Shown: positions 13,358 to 26,479 of the stretch, in pieces
How the letters are laid out: every line of letters starts with the position of its first letter
Numbering within the stretch: position 1 is the stretch's first letter
Source: Octopus vulgaris
Taxonomy: Eukaryota
DNA: 64,000 bases
Direction of reading: 5' to 3'
Assembly (NCBI GenBank): GCA_951406725.2
Contig: OX597828.1
Coordinates: 38,316,001-38,380,000 of the forward strand
The notes under the pieces: model-generated
Database searches by the model: none
Told to the model about the DNA's origin: nothing
The model's input: only the letters and a program-made list of their open reading frames with translations
Program-made: the position numbers and the translations under genes

Positions 13358-16275
13358 AGTGCGCGCGAGCGCATTATTATTAATGGGCCGTAAGACGGTA
13401 TTTGTTTAGAACACAATATATATTAAATTACGCAGTAGTACATACACTCGCAAGTATGTATTAATGGTTGCATATACATTCATCGGGTTCGTATGTACAT
13501 TAACATAATGAGCGATCGAGAGAATGTGACGTTTTATGTTGTGAAATAGGTCAAGAACAAATGAGGAAAAAATGAATAGCAATGGATGTTATGATGAATA
13601 GAAACCTTGAAAAGAAGAACGCTAATGACTTTTGAGATGTAAAAATTACGAGAGAAGTTTTCAATGCTGACGGTGAGATGAGCTTCTGTTTTGTGTTTTA
13701 GGTGGAGCTGGTTTATAAAAGATCTATTTGGCAAAATTAGGCCGGAACGGTTACAGTTGTGAATAAAAAGTCATTTACAATTACGTTTCTTCTTAAACAT
13801 TTATATAAATTTGTTTGAAAGTACTAATCTTGAGAGCTTCTCTCGTAATATTTTTTTACTGTTCAACGTTAATATCGACATCACTGTCAATGTTCCCATG
13901 TTTTCAATGAATGTATACACAAACATTACTATAATCTTGTGAACGTAAATGGAGGTGCTGGCAGAATCGTTAGCGCTCCGGAAAAAAGTGCTTCGTCCGT
14001 CTTTACATCTTGGGTTCAAATTCCGCCGAGGTCGATTTTGCATGACATTCTTTCGGGGTCGCTAAAAGAGACACCAATTGCGCAAGGGGGTCAATGTAAT
14101 CGACTTCCCTCTCCCCGAAGTTGTTAACCATGTGTCAAAACTTAAAAACCAGTATACCCTTGTGAATGTGTGACAGCAAGCTGGCAGAATCATCAACGCG
14201 CCTTATTTTTTTATCGGTTATAATAAAAACAATATTTTACATTACTCTAAGGCGGCGAGCTTGGCAGAAACGTTAGAACGCCGAGCGAAATGCTTAGCGG
14301 TATTTCGTCTGCCGTTACGTTCTGAGTTCAAATTCCGCCGAGGTCGAATTTGCCTTTCATCCTTTCGAGGTCGATTAAATAAGTACCAGTTACGCACTGG
14401 GATCGATATAATCGACTTAATCCGTTTGTCTGTCCTTGTTTGTCCCCTCTGTGTGTAGCCCCCTTGTGGACAGTAAAGAAATAGGTATTTCGTCTATCTT
14501 TACGTTCTGAGTTCAAATTCCGCCGGAGTCGACTTTGCCTTTTATCCTTTCGGGGTCGATAAATTAAGTACCGGTTGAGTAATGTAATGTAATTGACTAT
14601 TCCCCTACCCCAAATTTCAGGCCTTGTGCCTATAATAGAAAAGATTATGTATTGCCGTAGAAACGGAATGGCTGAGTGGATACGAGGGAGGATTACTGAG
14701 TTTTACAAATTTTGGCTCGAATCCCGTGCGAGCATTTTCTGGAGAATGAAGTTAATACGTTTCTTTCCACATGTCTCATATCACCTAAGTGTCGGGATTA
14801 TACAGCAAATCTTCGGACAACGTTTCCTGCATTCAATTTATATACAACCCAAAAGTGCGTTTCTTTCAACTTAACTCTTCTCTTAATCTAAATCTAAGCG
14901 GCTTCATTCAAAATGTGAGTTGTTCTAGTCATAAAATTTAAGGTTGATTTATTTCACCAGCCCCACAAACTGAAAATGAATTATTTAGTCACGAGAATGA
15001 AGAAAAATCTAAAATTCCGAATAGAAACCGTCGTCGAGGAGAAATTATATATGTTATTCCACTTCTTATAATTACTCTTTACTAATGAAGACAATGATTT
15101 CCTCGGAATCAACTATTTCTGTTTAATAAATAGAGTTTTCCTTAGTCAGAATAGAGGAAGGGCAACGCCCAAATACCTGTAAGACTGGTTGAAGAAATCC
15201 TGACAAATGTCTTCAAACTGGAAGACTTGACCCGAATGTTTTAAACAGGTTGGATTTCGTTTTAGGCATCCAAGGATCACGGTGATTAGTGTTTAAGTGA
15301 GCGATTGACAAGAAGAGGGGCGGTCTCTCTTATGAGTTCCCATCAATTAAATTTCACTTGCAAAGCTTTAATCGATTCAAAGCTACTATACATGTTTGCT
15401 TAATGTAGAGTACATTTGCATCGAAAATGAAACATGCAAGTTGTGAAGCTAACATCTTAACTACACAGCCATGCTTCCGATTCTACAGTTTTATTGTAAA
15501 AGAAAAATAAGAAAACAGAAATTAGTGTGTTCGTGGTCGTGTGTCATTTCAAAGCTAGAACTATTCAAGCGTGAAAGGGTGACGCATATCTCTTTATTCC
15601 ATAACAACTCATCAAAACAGCTAAAAATACAAAACGTCAAAATGAAATGTTCTGAATACACGCCATGCGTACACACGGAACTTCCTGGTTCCTACTTTAC
15701 CAGTTTTAACTATTCTAAATATATGACATTTAGCCGCAGTTACATAAATAGATTGGTAAGCTATACTCAACAAAGGTTTATCAGTAAACCATTGGAATAA
15801 CGATAAGGCAAGGTAAGCTAACGTTTATTTTCACTAGCTCTTGCTTTCTATAAATCTTCTTATATACCTAGCTATTCATCTACATACCTACCGACATATC
15901 TATTTATCCAGCTATCTCACTTTAGGGACACCATTTTTTTTTTAAAGATGTCTTCAGGGTTTTCATGTTTGATTCCTTTTTCAGGGATTTCGAAACTAAT
16001 GATAGAAAAACGGATATTCTTGGGACTTAGAACAAATGTTTATAACTTAGTAGAATCTATTAAGGTACCTCAGGACCAAATGATGGTTGCGACAAACTGA
16101 GTGACGAAGTATATCTAACGCTCAAACTATACACCCGATCTTTTCAACTTGTATGTGTCTCTATTAATTAAACTTTTCTGTCAATCTATCCATCTGTCTA
16201 TCCTTCTATCTATTTATCTATTTACTCATATATATATATACATATATATATATACATATATACATATACATATAC

Positions 16276-16320
<45 letters not shown>

Positions 16321-16333
16321 AAGATTTACACGC

Positions 16334-16379
<46 letters not shown>

Positions 16380-16674
16380 ATTATGTAAATTATTGAGACT
16401 ATATTTTACATATGTTTCAAATAGATTTGCAGGCGTAGGCTTAATAAACATGCATTTAGTTCTGTGTGCAAACAGATTTCTGTGGTTAAACCACAGGCCG
16501 CACCTTCTCCCTTTTTCTATCCCACTGTATGTGTCTGTGTGTGTATTGCAAACTAAAGAATAACTCGATTCGTTTCACCTGGTCGTTACTAGCTCATCAG
16601 GAATATTTTTTTCGTCCATACTATAGAGATAGCTTGTAATTGATAACTACCTACGAAAAGTACGATGTATATAT

Positions 16675-16739
<65 letters not shown>

Positions 16740-16822
16740 TATTAAAAATTATACATATGCTCATATTCTGGGTATATGTATAATTTCATATATACAAACA
16801 TGTATACATATATGTATATACG

Positions 16823-16881
<59 letters not shown>

Positions 16882-17166
16882 AATAATGAAGGGTGATATT
16901 AATTAATTTGGAATAATTATCAATTACACCAAGTAGTCTTCGGCATGTAAAAGCCTCATTCGAGGAAAATTTAAGTAATACTAAGCAATAAAGGGTTTGG
17001 CAACGAATTGCCTTACCACATACCGAATTTAGAAATAGCAGTCAAAGAGTTATAGCTATTTCTTCTACTAAAAAGGGAGATCTCAGTAAAAACAGCAATT
17101 GGAAGGCAGACACAAACAGGTAAGAGGGAATGAATTGACGGCAATCTATCATACAATTTTAAGTTA

Positions 17167-17267
17167 TCTACGGACGTACGTTTCGAAATCAAGTCTTTAG
17201 GAAAGCATAAGAATTAAATATTAAATAATTCTATCTTACCAAGAACTTCTTTTCTCTTCAGCGTAGA
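17167..17267 (-). ncRNA. Minimal type-I hammerhead ribozyme (inverted copy)
   Basis: Reverse complement of the motif at 17916-18016. Confidence 0.8.
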
Positions 17268-17915
17268 ATACTATAATCATAAATGATTATATATTGAATT
17301 TTGAGATACTAGAAGGCATCAACTCAACTCAGTATCAGAGCGAGCTAGAATCCGCAACTAGTATCACCAAATTCAATGCGTGAATGAGAAGATTGTGTCA
17401 CCAGCCCCTTCCCACCCGCGTGTAGCCAAAACAAGATGCTGTGGTCATCTACTGAGATAAAATATGGTTATCCGTAATAATGAAGGGTGAAATTAATTAA
17501 TTTGGAATAATTATCAATTACACCAAGTAGTCTTCGGCATGTAAAAGCCTCATTCGAGGAAAATTTAAGTAATACTAAGCAATAAAGGGTTTGGCAACGA
17601 ATTGCCTTACCACATACCGAATTTAGAAATAGCAGTCAAAGAGTTATAGCTATTTCTTCTACTAAAAAGGGAGATCTCAGTAAAAACAGCAATTGGAAGG
17701 CAGACACAAACAGGTAAGAGGGAATGAATTGACGGCAATCTATCATACAATTTTTGGCTACACGCGGGTGGGAAGGGGCTGGTGACACAATCTTCTCATT
17801 CACACATTGAATTTGGTGATACTAGTTGCGGATTCTAGCTCGCTCTGATACTGAGTTGAGTTGATGCCTTCTAGTATCTCAAAATTCAATATATAATCAT
17901 TTATGATTATAGTAT

Positions 17916-18016
17916 TCTACGCTGAAGAGAAAAGAAGTTCTTGGTAAGATAGAATTATTTAATATTTAATTCTTATGCTTTCCTAAAGACTTGATTTCGA
18001 AACGTACGTCCGTAGA
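17916..18016 (+). ncRNA. Minimal type-I hammerhead ribozyme, long stem II
   Basis: tctacg-CTGAAGA-g...c-GAAA-cgtacg-TC^-cgtaga: 6-bp stem I, intact core, palindromic stem III ACGTACGT, GUC site. Confidence 0.82.
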
Positions 18017-18196
18017 TAACTTAAAATTGTATGATAGATTGCCGTCAATTCATTCCCTCTTACCTGTTTGTGTCTGCCTTCCAATTGCTGTTTTTACTGA
18101 GATCTCCTTTTTAGTAGAAGAAATAGCTATAACTCTTTGACTGCTATTTCTAAATTCGGTATGTGGTAAGGCAATTCGTTGCCAAACCCTTTATTG

Positions 18197-18241
<45 letters not shown>

Positions 18242-18328
18242 CGTTTTGGGATTTGGTTTGCAAGATTCTTTATATGAGTTCGTAAATAATAAGGCACTAA
18301 AAGAGAATGACTCTCCCCAGTCAAAACA

Positions 18329-18370
<42 letters not shown>

Positions 18371-18388
18371 GTGTGTGTATGTATATAT

Positions 18389-18419
<31 letters not shown>

Positions 18420-18477
18420 GTGAGAGAGAGAGAGAGAGAGAGAAAGAGAAAGAAAATATATATGTGTGTGTGTGTGT

Positions 18478-18642
18478 ATTTACTAACGCATACATTTTCC
18501 CAATTCACAACCGATTTTCATCAAACTTTACACACACGTTACTTATGTCCCAAGGATGGTCATGCACTATAACATTTTCCCCAGAGCATCCGCGTAAATG
18601 GACAAACCGGGAAAAGCGGTTGTTTACGCGGGTTTTTCTCTA
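18478..18642 (+). mobile_element. Probable non-autonomous Helitron-like fragment
   Basis: Body motif accgattttcatcaaacttt; terminal hairpin ccgcgtaaa...tttacgcgg followed by ctaa. Confidence 0.45.
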
Positions 18643-19284
18643 ATTGGTTGTATGTACATAGTTTTCTTGTATGTAGGGCATTCCATACTTTTTAAATCTA
18701 CATGGTCATACATTGACATGAAAGAATATTTTTTTAGTAGTTTTCAAATTTATTTTATTTATTATTTATCTATATCTTGTAATTGTGTATTATTACTTTG
18801 TATATATTTTCATATGTGTATTGGTGTGTATTGAATGTTTTGGTTAGAGAATATAAAAGTGAAAGGGTTTTCTCTATTTATTTCGATTGTTCACCTGAAA
18901 CTGTGATTATATTGACTAGGAACACTGTACGCAATAAATATCCAACACCAAAACAATCTTAATCTCCATATTTAAACTGCATTAAACTTTGGCAAGCTTA
19001 CCGTTACCTAATCTGAGTTACTTGAAAGGTGATGTTCCCTTCCCTCGCTTCTGTTGATTGATACCTTTGTTTACCCATCCATTATGATATTTCGACTATT
19101 GTCCATTGTTTCAATTACGTTTTAGTGTTGTCGTTCTAGCCTTTTTTAAACAATTACAAGAAATTTCGCTTTCATGTGAAATAACAATATTTTGTATTCA
19201 TTATCCATAATCTACTCCTAAAACACTTCAGCATCTCTACTTTGCATCGCTTGCAAACTTATATGTTCTATGATTATTAAAGTA

Positions 19285-20640
19285 TAGCAGATGCCAAAAG
19301 TTATAGACCTATCTTCTTGAATTCACACATCAACAAAGTCATGGAACGAATAATTAGAGGGAAACTAGTCGCATTCTTTGAAGAAAACGACTTGCTGAGT
19401 GATACTAAGCATGGTTTTCGACCAGGTAGAAGCTGCCTGACACAGCTCCTACAGCACTATGATTGGGTGTTGAAGCAGTTACTCGACAACTCAAATGTGG
19501 ATGTAATATACTTTGCAAAAGCTTTTAATGAAGTTGATCATGGTATGATATGCCACAAATTGTGCGATCTTGGCATAGCTGGAAAGCTTGGAGAGTGGCT
19601 ACATGACTTTCTGAAAGATAGAAGTCGGGCAGTGATGACCAATGGAGCCACCTCAAAGGAAACACTAATAGTGAGTGGTGTTCTACAGAACACTGTCTTA
19701 GAACCATTGCTTTTTATAGTGGCTCTCTCAGATATGCCCTCAGCTTCCTGGATAGCCACCCTTGCAATCTACGGAGACGATGCGAAATTCTCGCAGAAAA
19801 TACAAAACCCTAGCGATGTTGCACACCTGCAGCAGGAGTTGGACACAATTTACAGTTGGGCTGAGGACAGTAATATGCAGTTTAATGCTGGAGAATTCCA
19901 AACCCTGCACTACCAGGACCCAAAATTGAACGAAAAACATACAGGGTACACTGGCCCAGGTGGGATTACAATCCTAGAGCCTAAGTCAGTGCGTGACCTG
20001 GTTATCGACATGAGTGATGATACCTCTTTCCAAGTGCACATTACCAAGACGGTAACAAAGTGCAGACGGTTGGCTGGATGGATCCTGAGAACCTTCAAAA
20101 ACTGAATGAAGGAAACCATGATGATCTTCTGGAGGACATTTGTCCTCAGCCACCTGGACTACTGCTCCCAACTATGGTCACACCACCCTGTAAAATTAAC
20201 GGCGGATCTTGAAGCAATCTAGTGAAGCTACACAAAGAATATTGTCTCATTGTAAATGCTCAGCCGCTGAGAAAGGTTGAAACAACTAAGACTCTGCTCT
20301 CTGGAGCGAAGGCGGGAGATATATGCAGTAATATACATCTAGAAGATCCCGGAAGGGATTTACTAAATCTTGGCATTGAAGCTACACAAATGCCAGAACG
20401 GGCCGCCACTGCACAGTGCTAAAGATCCAAACACTGCCGTCGCGTTTCAGGACCAGTTACTACGACAGCCTGTGTTTCAAGGGCCCACAACCTTTTAACA
20501 CTTTCCCAAAGAGCCTGAGGGACCTGCACCAGGTGGATGTAGGTGTTTTCAAAGCAAAACTGGATCTCTTCCTGTCGAGAGTCCAAAATGAACCTACCTC
20601 GCTGTAGGTGGCGTAAACGAGGACAACTTCATCAAACTCC
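19285..20640 (+). mobile_element. CR1-group LINE reverse transcriptase relic
   Basis: KHGFRPGRSCLTQLL, VDVIYFAKAF..VDHG, SGV.Q.TVL.PLLF, YGDD, SVRDL.I; 3' part frameshifted (YDSLCFKGP..FN..PKSLR...FKAKLD.FL). Confidence 0.9.
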
Positions 20641-20746
20641 CTTATTCACCAAATGCCATATATCAGAGGGGGTGGCTCAATAATAACAGTATAGCAAAAC
20701 GGCGATGCCCAAGCATGGCTGCAACTTTGAGCTGAAACCGAAAAAA

Positions 20747-20782
<36 letters not shown>

Positions 20783-21038
20783 TGTGTGTATGTATGTATG
20801 TATGTATGTATGTACATATGTATGTATGTATATATACATACAAACTTGTTCTCATTTCAGATACGCTTGGAGAATATTCGAACCCGTAAGAAATTCCTTC
20901 ACCGTATTTTGTCATGGAAAAAATTTCTCTCTGAAAACAAACACAACCATACATGTATACATGCATTCATAATCACACACATTTATATACATACACACAT
21001 ACGTATACATACATATATAAGTGTGTATATTTGTATGC

Positions 21039-21360
<322 letters not shown>

Positions 21361-21394
21361 TAAGAAAGTTTGTTTGGTAAAGCACGTGGGTGAA

Positions 21395-21683
21395 TATATA
21401 AGAAAATAGTAAAGTGTGAAAAAACGACAGAAGGCTTAAATGTTAAAAAATATATATATTTGTGTCAAAATGTCTGGAGAATATTGGAAAAATTTTTTTT
21501 TCCTTTCCTTAAAATGACATAATTTTAAAATTTTTAAAGAAATTTCTTTAAAAATTTTAAAATTATGTCATTTTAAGGAAAGGAAAAAAAAATATTTTCC
21601 AATATTCTCCAGACATTTTGACACAAATATATATATTTTTTAACATTTAAGCCTTCTGTCGTTTTTTCACACTTTACTATTTT

Positions 21684-21691
<8 letters not shown>
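21395..21691. repeat. Spacer-less palindrome of about 300 bp
   Basis: Centre aaagaaa|tttcttt at 21542/21543; arms of about 148 bp differ by about one small indel; flanked by (TA)n. Confidence 0.92.
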
Positions 21692-21774
<83 letters not shown>

Positions 21775-22644
21775 CTTTAACTTATTTCAGTGATTTGTCT
21801 GCGGCCATGCTGGGGCACTCTTTTTTATATATAAGCTAGGCATAACGGCGTGGCATAATAGAAATTTGTGAATAATAGAGTACATAAACATTGAATGTAG
21901 ATCGTGTAACACTTCAGTACGCTGGGAATAATAGACGCAGACATTCGTAAATAATCTCAAACCAATCCTAAACGAATCAATACTGAATATCGTGATATTT
22001 ACGGTCGAATTTTCGGTTATTAAATAGAAGTGAAGCAAAGCAAAACAATCTTTTGTTAGATTTTTTTACCGCAAACATCACGGGGTTAAGTCATTCTATT
22101 TTATTATTGAATGAAGTAAATGCCTTGGATTAATATTTCTTTTATACTATTACTGGATTTTTTTTTCATACAATTCTGATTGAAATTCAAGTTGTGACAG
22201 GAAGAGCGGTTTTGCTTTTCTTTTTCCTTTTTTTTTTATAATGTTTAAAGTCCTAATCCAATCAGGTAACGAGTGCACATCCAGGAATAAGTCACTTGAT
22301 GACGATTGAATATTTAACTGATTGAAATGAGTAGATATAAATATTGGAACATTTTTCACATTTAAAGAATGATTATATTGGTAACAGATTCCGATGTCTC
22401 TGATACAAAGGAATAATGCATATGGAGACAAATAGCGTTAGCTACCCATTCACGTGGTTCCCTCCACAACGGTTTTGGGGCGGTTCTTTTACACAAAAGT
22501 CTCTGGTATTTGGGCCTTTGAATAAAAAAAACTTACCTGGTGGCTCGTCTAACCAGAAATAACAACCAAATATCTCTTTCAAATCACTTCTTTTTTAATC
22601 TTTTTTCATCTTTGAAATTCAGGTATAGGAAAAAATATCGCGTG

Positions 22645-23010
22645 GCTCTCCGCCGGTTGCGACGACGAGGGTTCCAGTTGATCCGATCAACGGAACAGCC
22701 TGCTCGTGAAATTAACTTGCAAGTGGCTGAGCACTCCACAGACACGCGTACCCTTAACGTAGTTCTCGAGGAGACTCGGCGTGACATAGAGTGTGACAAG
22801 GCTGGCCCCTTTGAAATACAGATACAACAGAAACAAGAAAAGAAAGTTGTTGGGAAAGAGTACAGCAGGGTTCGCCACCACCCCCTGCCTTGTGGAGCTT
22901 TAGGTGTTTTCGCTCAATAAACATTCACAATGCCCGGTCTGGGAATCGAAACCGCGATCCTATGACCGATAGTCCGTTGCTCTAACCACTGGGCCATTAC
23001 GCCTCCACAG
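22645..23010 (-). mobile_element. Family-3 SINE, head variant A
   Basis: Minus-strand head gtggaggcgtaatggcccagtggttag...ggtttcgattcccagacc; same tail as variant B. Also at 41163-41490 and 31320-31631; tail-only copy at about 55180-55290(+). Confidence 0.8.
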
Positions 23011-23421
23011 AAAAAAAAACATACACATATGAACATATTTATTTATTCATTCATTTAGCTTCCTTAGTACTAAATTCTTAGAATTTCTAGTCAACAGTAA
23101 ACTATTTTTAAAGAGGTTGAACGTTTTTGATTACAAATTTCCTCTACCAGGACGACCTGGAATTAAGAATTATTAACTTCCCCTGTGATTCATTTAAAAC
23201 TGTTTGGGAGAAGTGTACCAAGAATTTTGGCAAATTCGTGTTCATTAAGCATTTACAATTTCTGCGAAAGGGTTTAATTCATTAAACACTTTCTACGTCT
23301 GCGTAATTTTAAAATTCTGTCCAATGACTCACTGGTGATCTCCTTCGTCACCTTCCATATTTAATTTGCTAGAGTTAAACTGAACATCTAAAGCTCAACA
23401 ATAAATTGTTGTTGATTTTCT

Positions 23422-23479
<58 letters not shown>

Positions 23480-23481
<2 letters not shown>

Positions 23482-25210
23482 CTGAATTGACTCAGGATTG
23501 GTCTTAGACTTGAGAGAATTTGTGTGGGTAGCCGGCCACTACCTGGAACCTTATCCACACGAATACCAATAAACCATTAAGTGCTCAAAACCCTTTTAAT
23601 GATCTTCCCTATTCCTGAGAGGCAAATCTTCTGTAGAATCTCTTCAGGACATTCCCATTCCAATCTCCACTATCTATTTGTCTATGTCTTCACTCACATT
23701 CCTTAAAGGGCCAATAATCACATGTACAACCTTTACAGATTTCATATTCCAAATCCGCAATCTCAAAATTCAAGAGGTTACATTTTTTTAGCCTATCGTT
23801 TTTCTTTCTTCACAACCCTGGAATCCAATGGACACGATGGGTCACTCAATAAGCAAATTCGATTTTTCGTTGTCTACCATTGTAATATGTGATTTGAAGG
23901 GGAAAATCCCACAAACTTTTGCACATTTCCGACTCAAGTACTCGTCTATCCGATGATTGTTCCATGTATTTCCTGCTCCATGTATTTTCTGACAAAGCTT
24001 CCAATGTAGAACTTTCCCATTTTCAATATCTCTCCATTCCTTATATGTTCCATGGGCCAACTTGAGGTATTCTGCATCAATGTGTCTTCAACATTTTACC
24101 GATACCTTCTCCCCATACACATATTTTGTTGTTTGCTTGCAGCGCTTGATCATGACCTGCTGCCTGCAATAAGGCTCTCGATTTCTTTTCTTTTTTTTTT
24201 TTTCAATTGCCCTTTTTAAAATGAACCCTAGGATTTTCTTCCACATACATTCTCACCTGACCATAGAAAGATTTTTCATCAATCTGTTAAACATGTTCCC
24301 TTTCAATTTTATTCCTGTCCCCTTTCTCCTTTTCCAGTTTTGATTACCAGTAATAAGGGAGGCCAGATAAAGAATATCTCAACAACCTATTTAAAATTTG
24401 TTTAAAATGAAACTGCTCAAATAAAGATGAAACTGATAGAATAAAATGAAACTGCTAAACTGAAAATGAAACAAACAAGCAACAAAATAGGATATCCGTA
24501 TTTACGAAGATATTTACGAAGAAAATGAGCAACTGATTTCATTATTTGCTCATTTGTAATTTCCTTTCCCAGGCTTTCTTCAAATCCCAAACCCGCTTAT
24601 CATTATTTACAATTATAGATATTTATTATTATCTATTTATTCACTGTTAAGCTCGTAGATGCTAATTCAATGAACAGGAAAGGAATTTATCTTGAGGTTT
24701 GATGACAAGTCTCCTCAAATATCAAGTATTTTCCTCTGGATTTTTGCAGAATATATGACGGTACGTCTTGCAGTTCGATGATGCGAGTAACAATTCCAAT
24801 CTCTCTCAGTCTTTTTGGTAGCATTTTGTACGTTGTGCCAAGTACACTAATTACTACAGTTTTCTTCAGTTTCTTCAGCTCTCTGGCTGAGATATTTCTA
24901 TTTTTTTATAATTTCTTTAATATAGATTTTACTGCAAATTTATGATCTTACACTATTTATTTTGTCCTCTATAACCATATCCTATCTTTTTGCTTTAATT
25001 GTATGATCAGCTTTCATGGGGAAGTCCCACAAGATATTGTACTTCTCATTTTCTTTCACAGCCTTTGGTTCGTGTTCCCACTACGTTCCCATTATTCTGA
25101 AGCCGCACACTCGGTTAACATCCCAATGCTTTCTTTCACCCGCCCGGTCATACCTGCGCTTCTACTCTTTTGTGCTAAGATGCATTCACTCAAGAAATGA
25201 CTGATACTCC
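23480..25210 (-). mobile_element. R4/Dong-like (REL-endonuclease) non-LTR retrotransposon relics
   Basis: Minus-strand remnants LAHGTYKEWRD...VLHWKLCQK and LWDF (rc of gaagtcccacaa); 3' end abuts (TAG)n. Two decayed copies. Confidence 0.6.
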
Positions 25211-25217
25211 CGTTTCC

Positions 25218-25522
25218 TGTATTACTATTATTCTCATTATTATTATTATGATTATTATTATTATTATTTTTATTATTATTATTATTATTATTCTATGTTT
25301 GACTTTTGCTTTATATTTGTACAAGTTGGCTCCAAGTCTCACCCAGAGACCTCAAGAGACAACAGGGTTGGAAGTTATTATTATTATTATTATTCAGTAG
25401 TTTTATTTTTAAAGCGTGCTTTCACTTCACTACCGAGCGCAGCTCTGTGTGCCTTGGGTATGTGCTGTGATTTGTTGTGATGCTCTGATGGTTATTGTAT
25501 GGAAAGTGTTCTGCGTATTATT

Positions 25523-25599
<77 letters not shown>

Positions 25600-25677
25600 T
25601 ACTACTACTACTACTACTACTACTATTATTATTATCATTATTATTATTATTATTATTACTACTACTACTACTACTAC

Positions 25678-25713
<36 letters not shown>

Positions 25714-25820
25714 TACTACTACTACTACTATTATTATTGTTATTATTATTATCATTATTATTATTATTATTATTATTATTACTACTACTACTACTACTAT
25801 TATTATTGTTATTATTATTA

Positions 25821-25914
<94 letters not shown>

Positions 25915-26276
25915 ATAATGTGCTTTCACTGTGTGCCTTAGGTATGTTCGGTGGTTTGTTGTCGTGCACTTATTTTACCCCAGATTGAAAGTGTTTTACG
26001 TAGGATGTGTGCGGTGCCTAGAAGTGCTATTTCCTGTATGTTATATATGCTTGTCAGTATTGTTGTTTTTGTTATGCATTTTTTTATATCACATTTTTTT
26101 TTTTTACCATAAGCGGTATTTCGTCTATATTTACGTTCTGAGTTCAAATTCTGCCGTGGTCGACTTTGCCTTTCATCCTTTCGGGGTTAACAAATTAAGT
26201 ACCAGTTGCGTACTGGGGCCGATCTAATCAACTGGCCCCCTCTCCAAAAATTTCGGGCCTTGTGCCTAGATTAGAA

Positions 26277-26351
<75 letters not shown>

Positions 26352-26352
26352 G
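25218..26352. repeat. (ATT/TAA)n microsatellite array interrupted by stacked R4/Dong-like 3' ends
   Basis: Minus-strand inserts at about 25296-25375, 25395-25517 (RRTLSIQ* plus 3'UTR) and 25913-26095 (LTSIYNIQEIALLGTAHILRKTLSI). Confidence 0.85.
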
Positions 26353-26479
26353 TGTTTTGACTTCTTTAATGTGTACAACATCTCACGTCTCAACCAAAGA
26401 TGTCAGTGGTTAATAAGATTTTGCATCTAAAATGCAAACTGTTGAGATGATATGCAATTAAAAAATTTGATGGCTGTAA

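Larger units (their letters stand above)
16877..18200. repeat. Composite direct and inverted repeat (A-B-c-A-B'-A') in (TA)n carrying two hammerheads
   Basis: A at 16877-17160 is repeated at 17471-17754. B at 17161-17431 is reverse-complemented at about 17751-18024, followed by a partial reverse complement of A to 18200. Confidence 0.9.
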
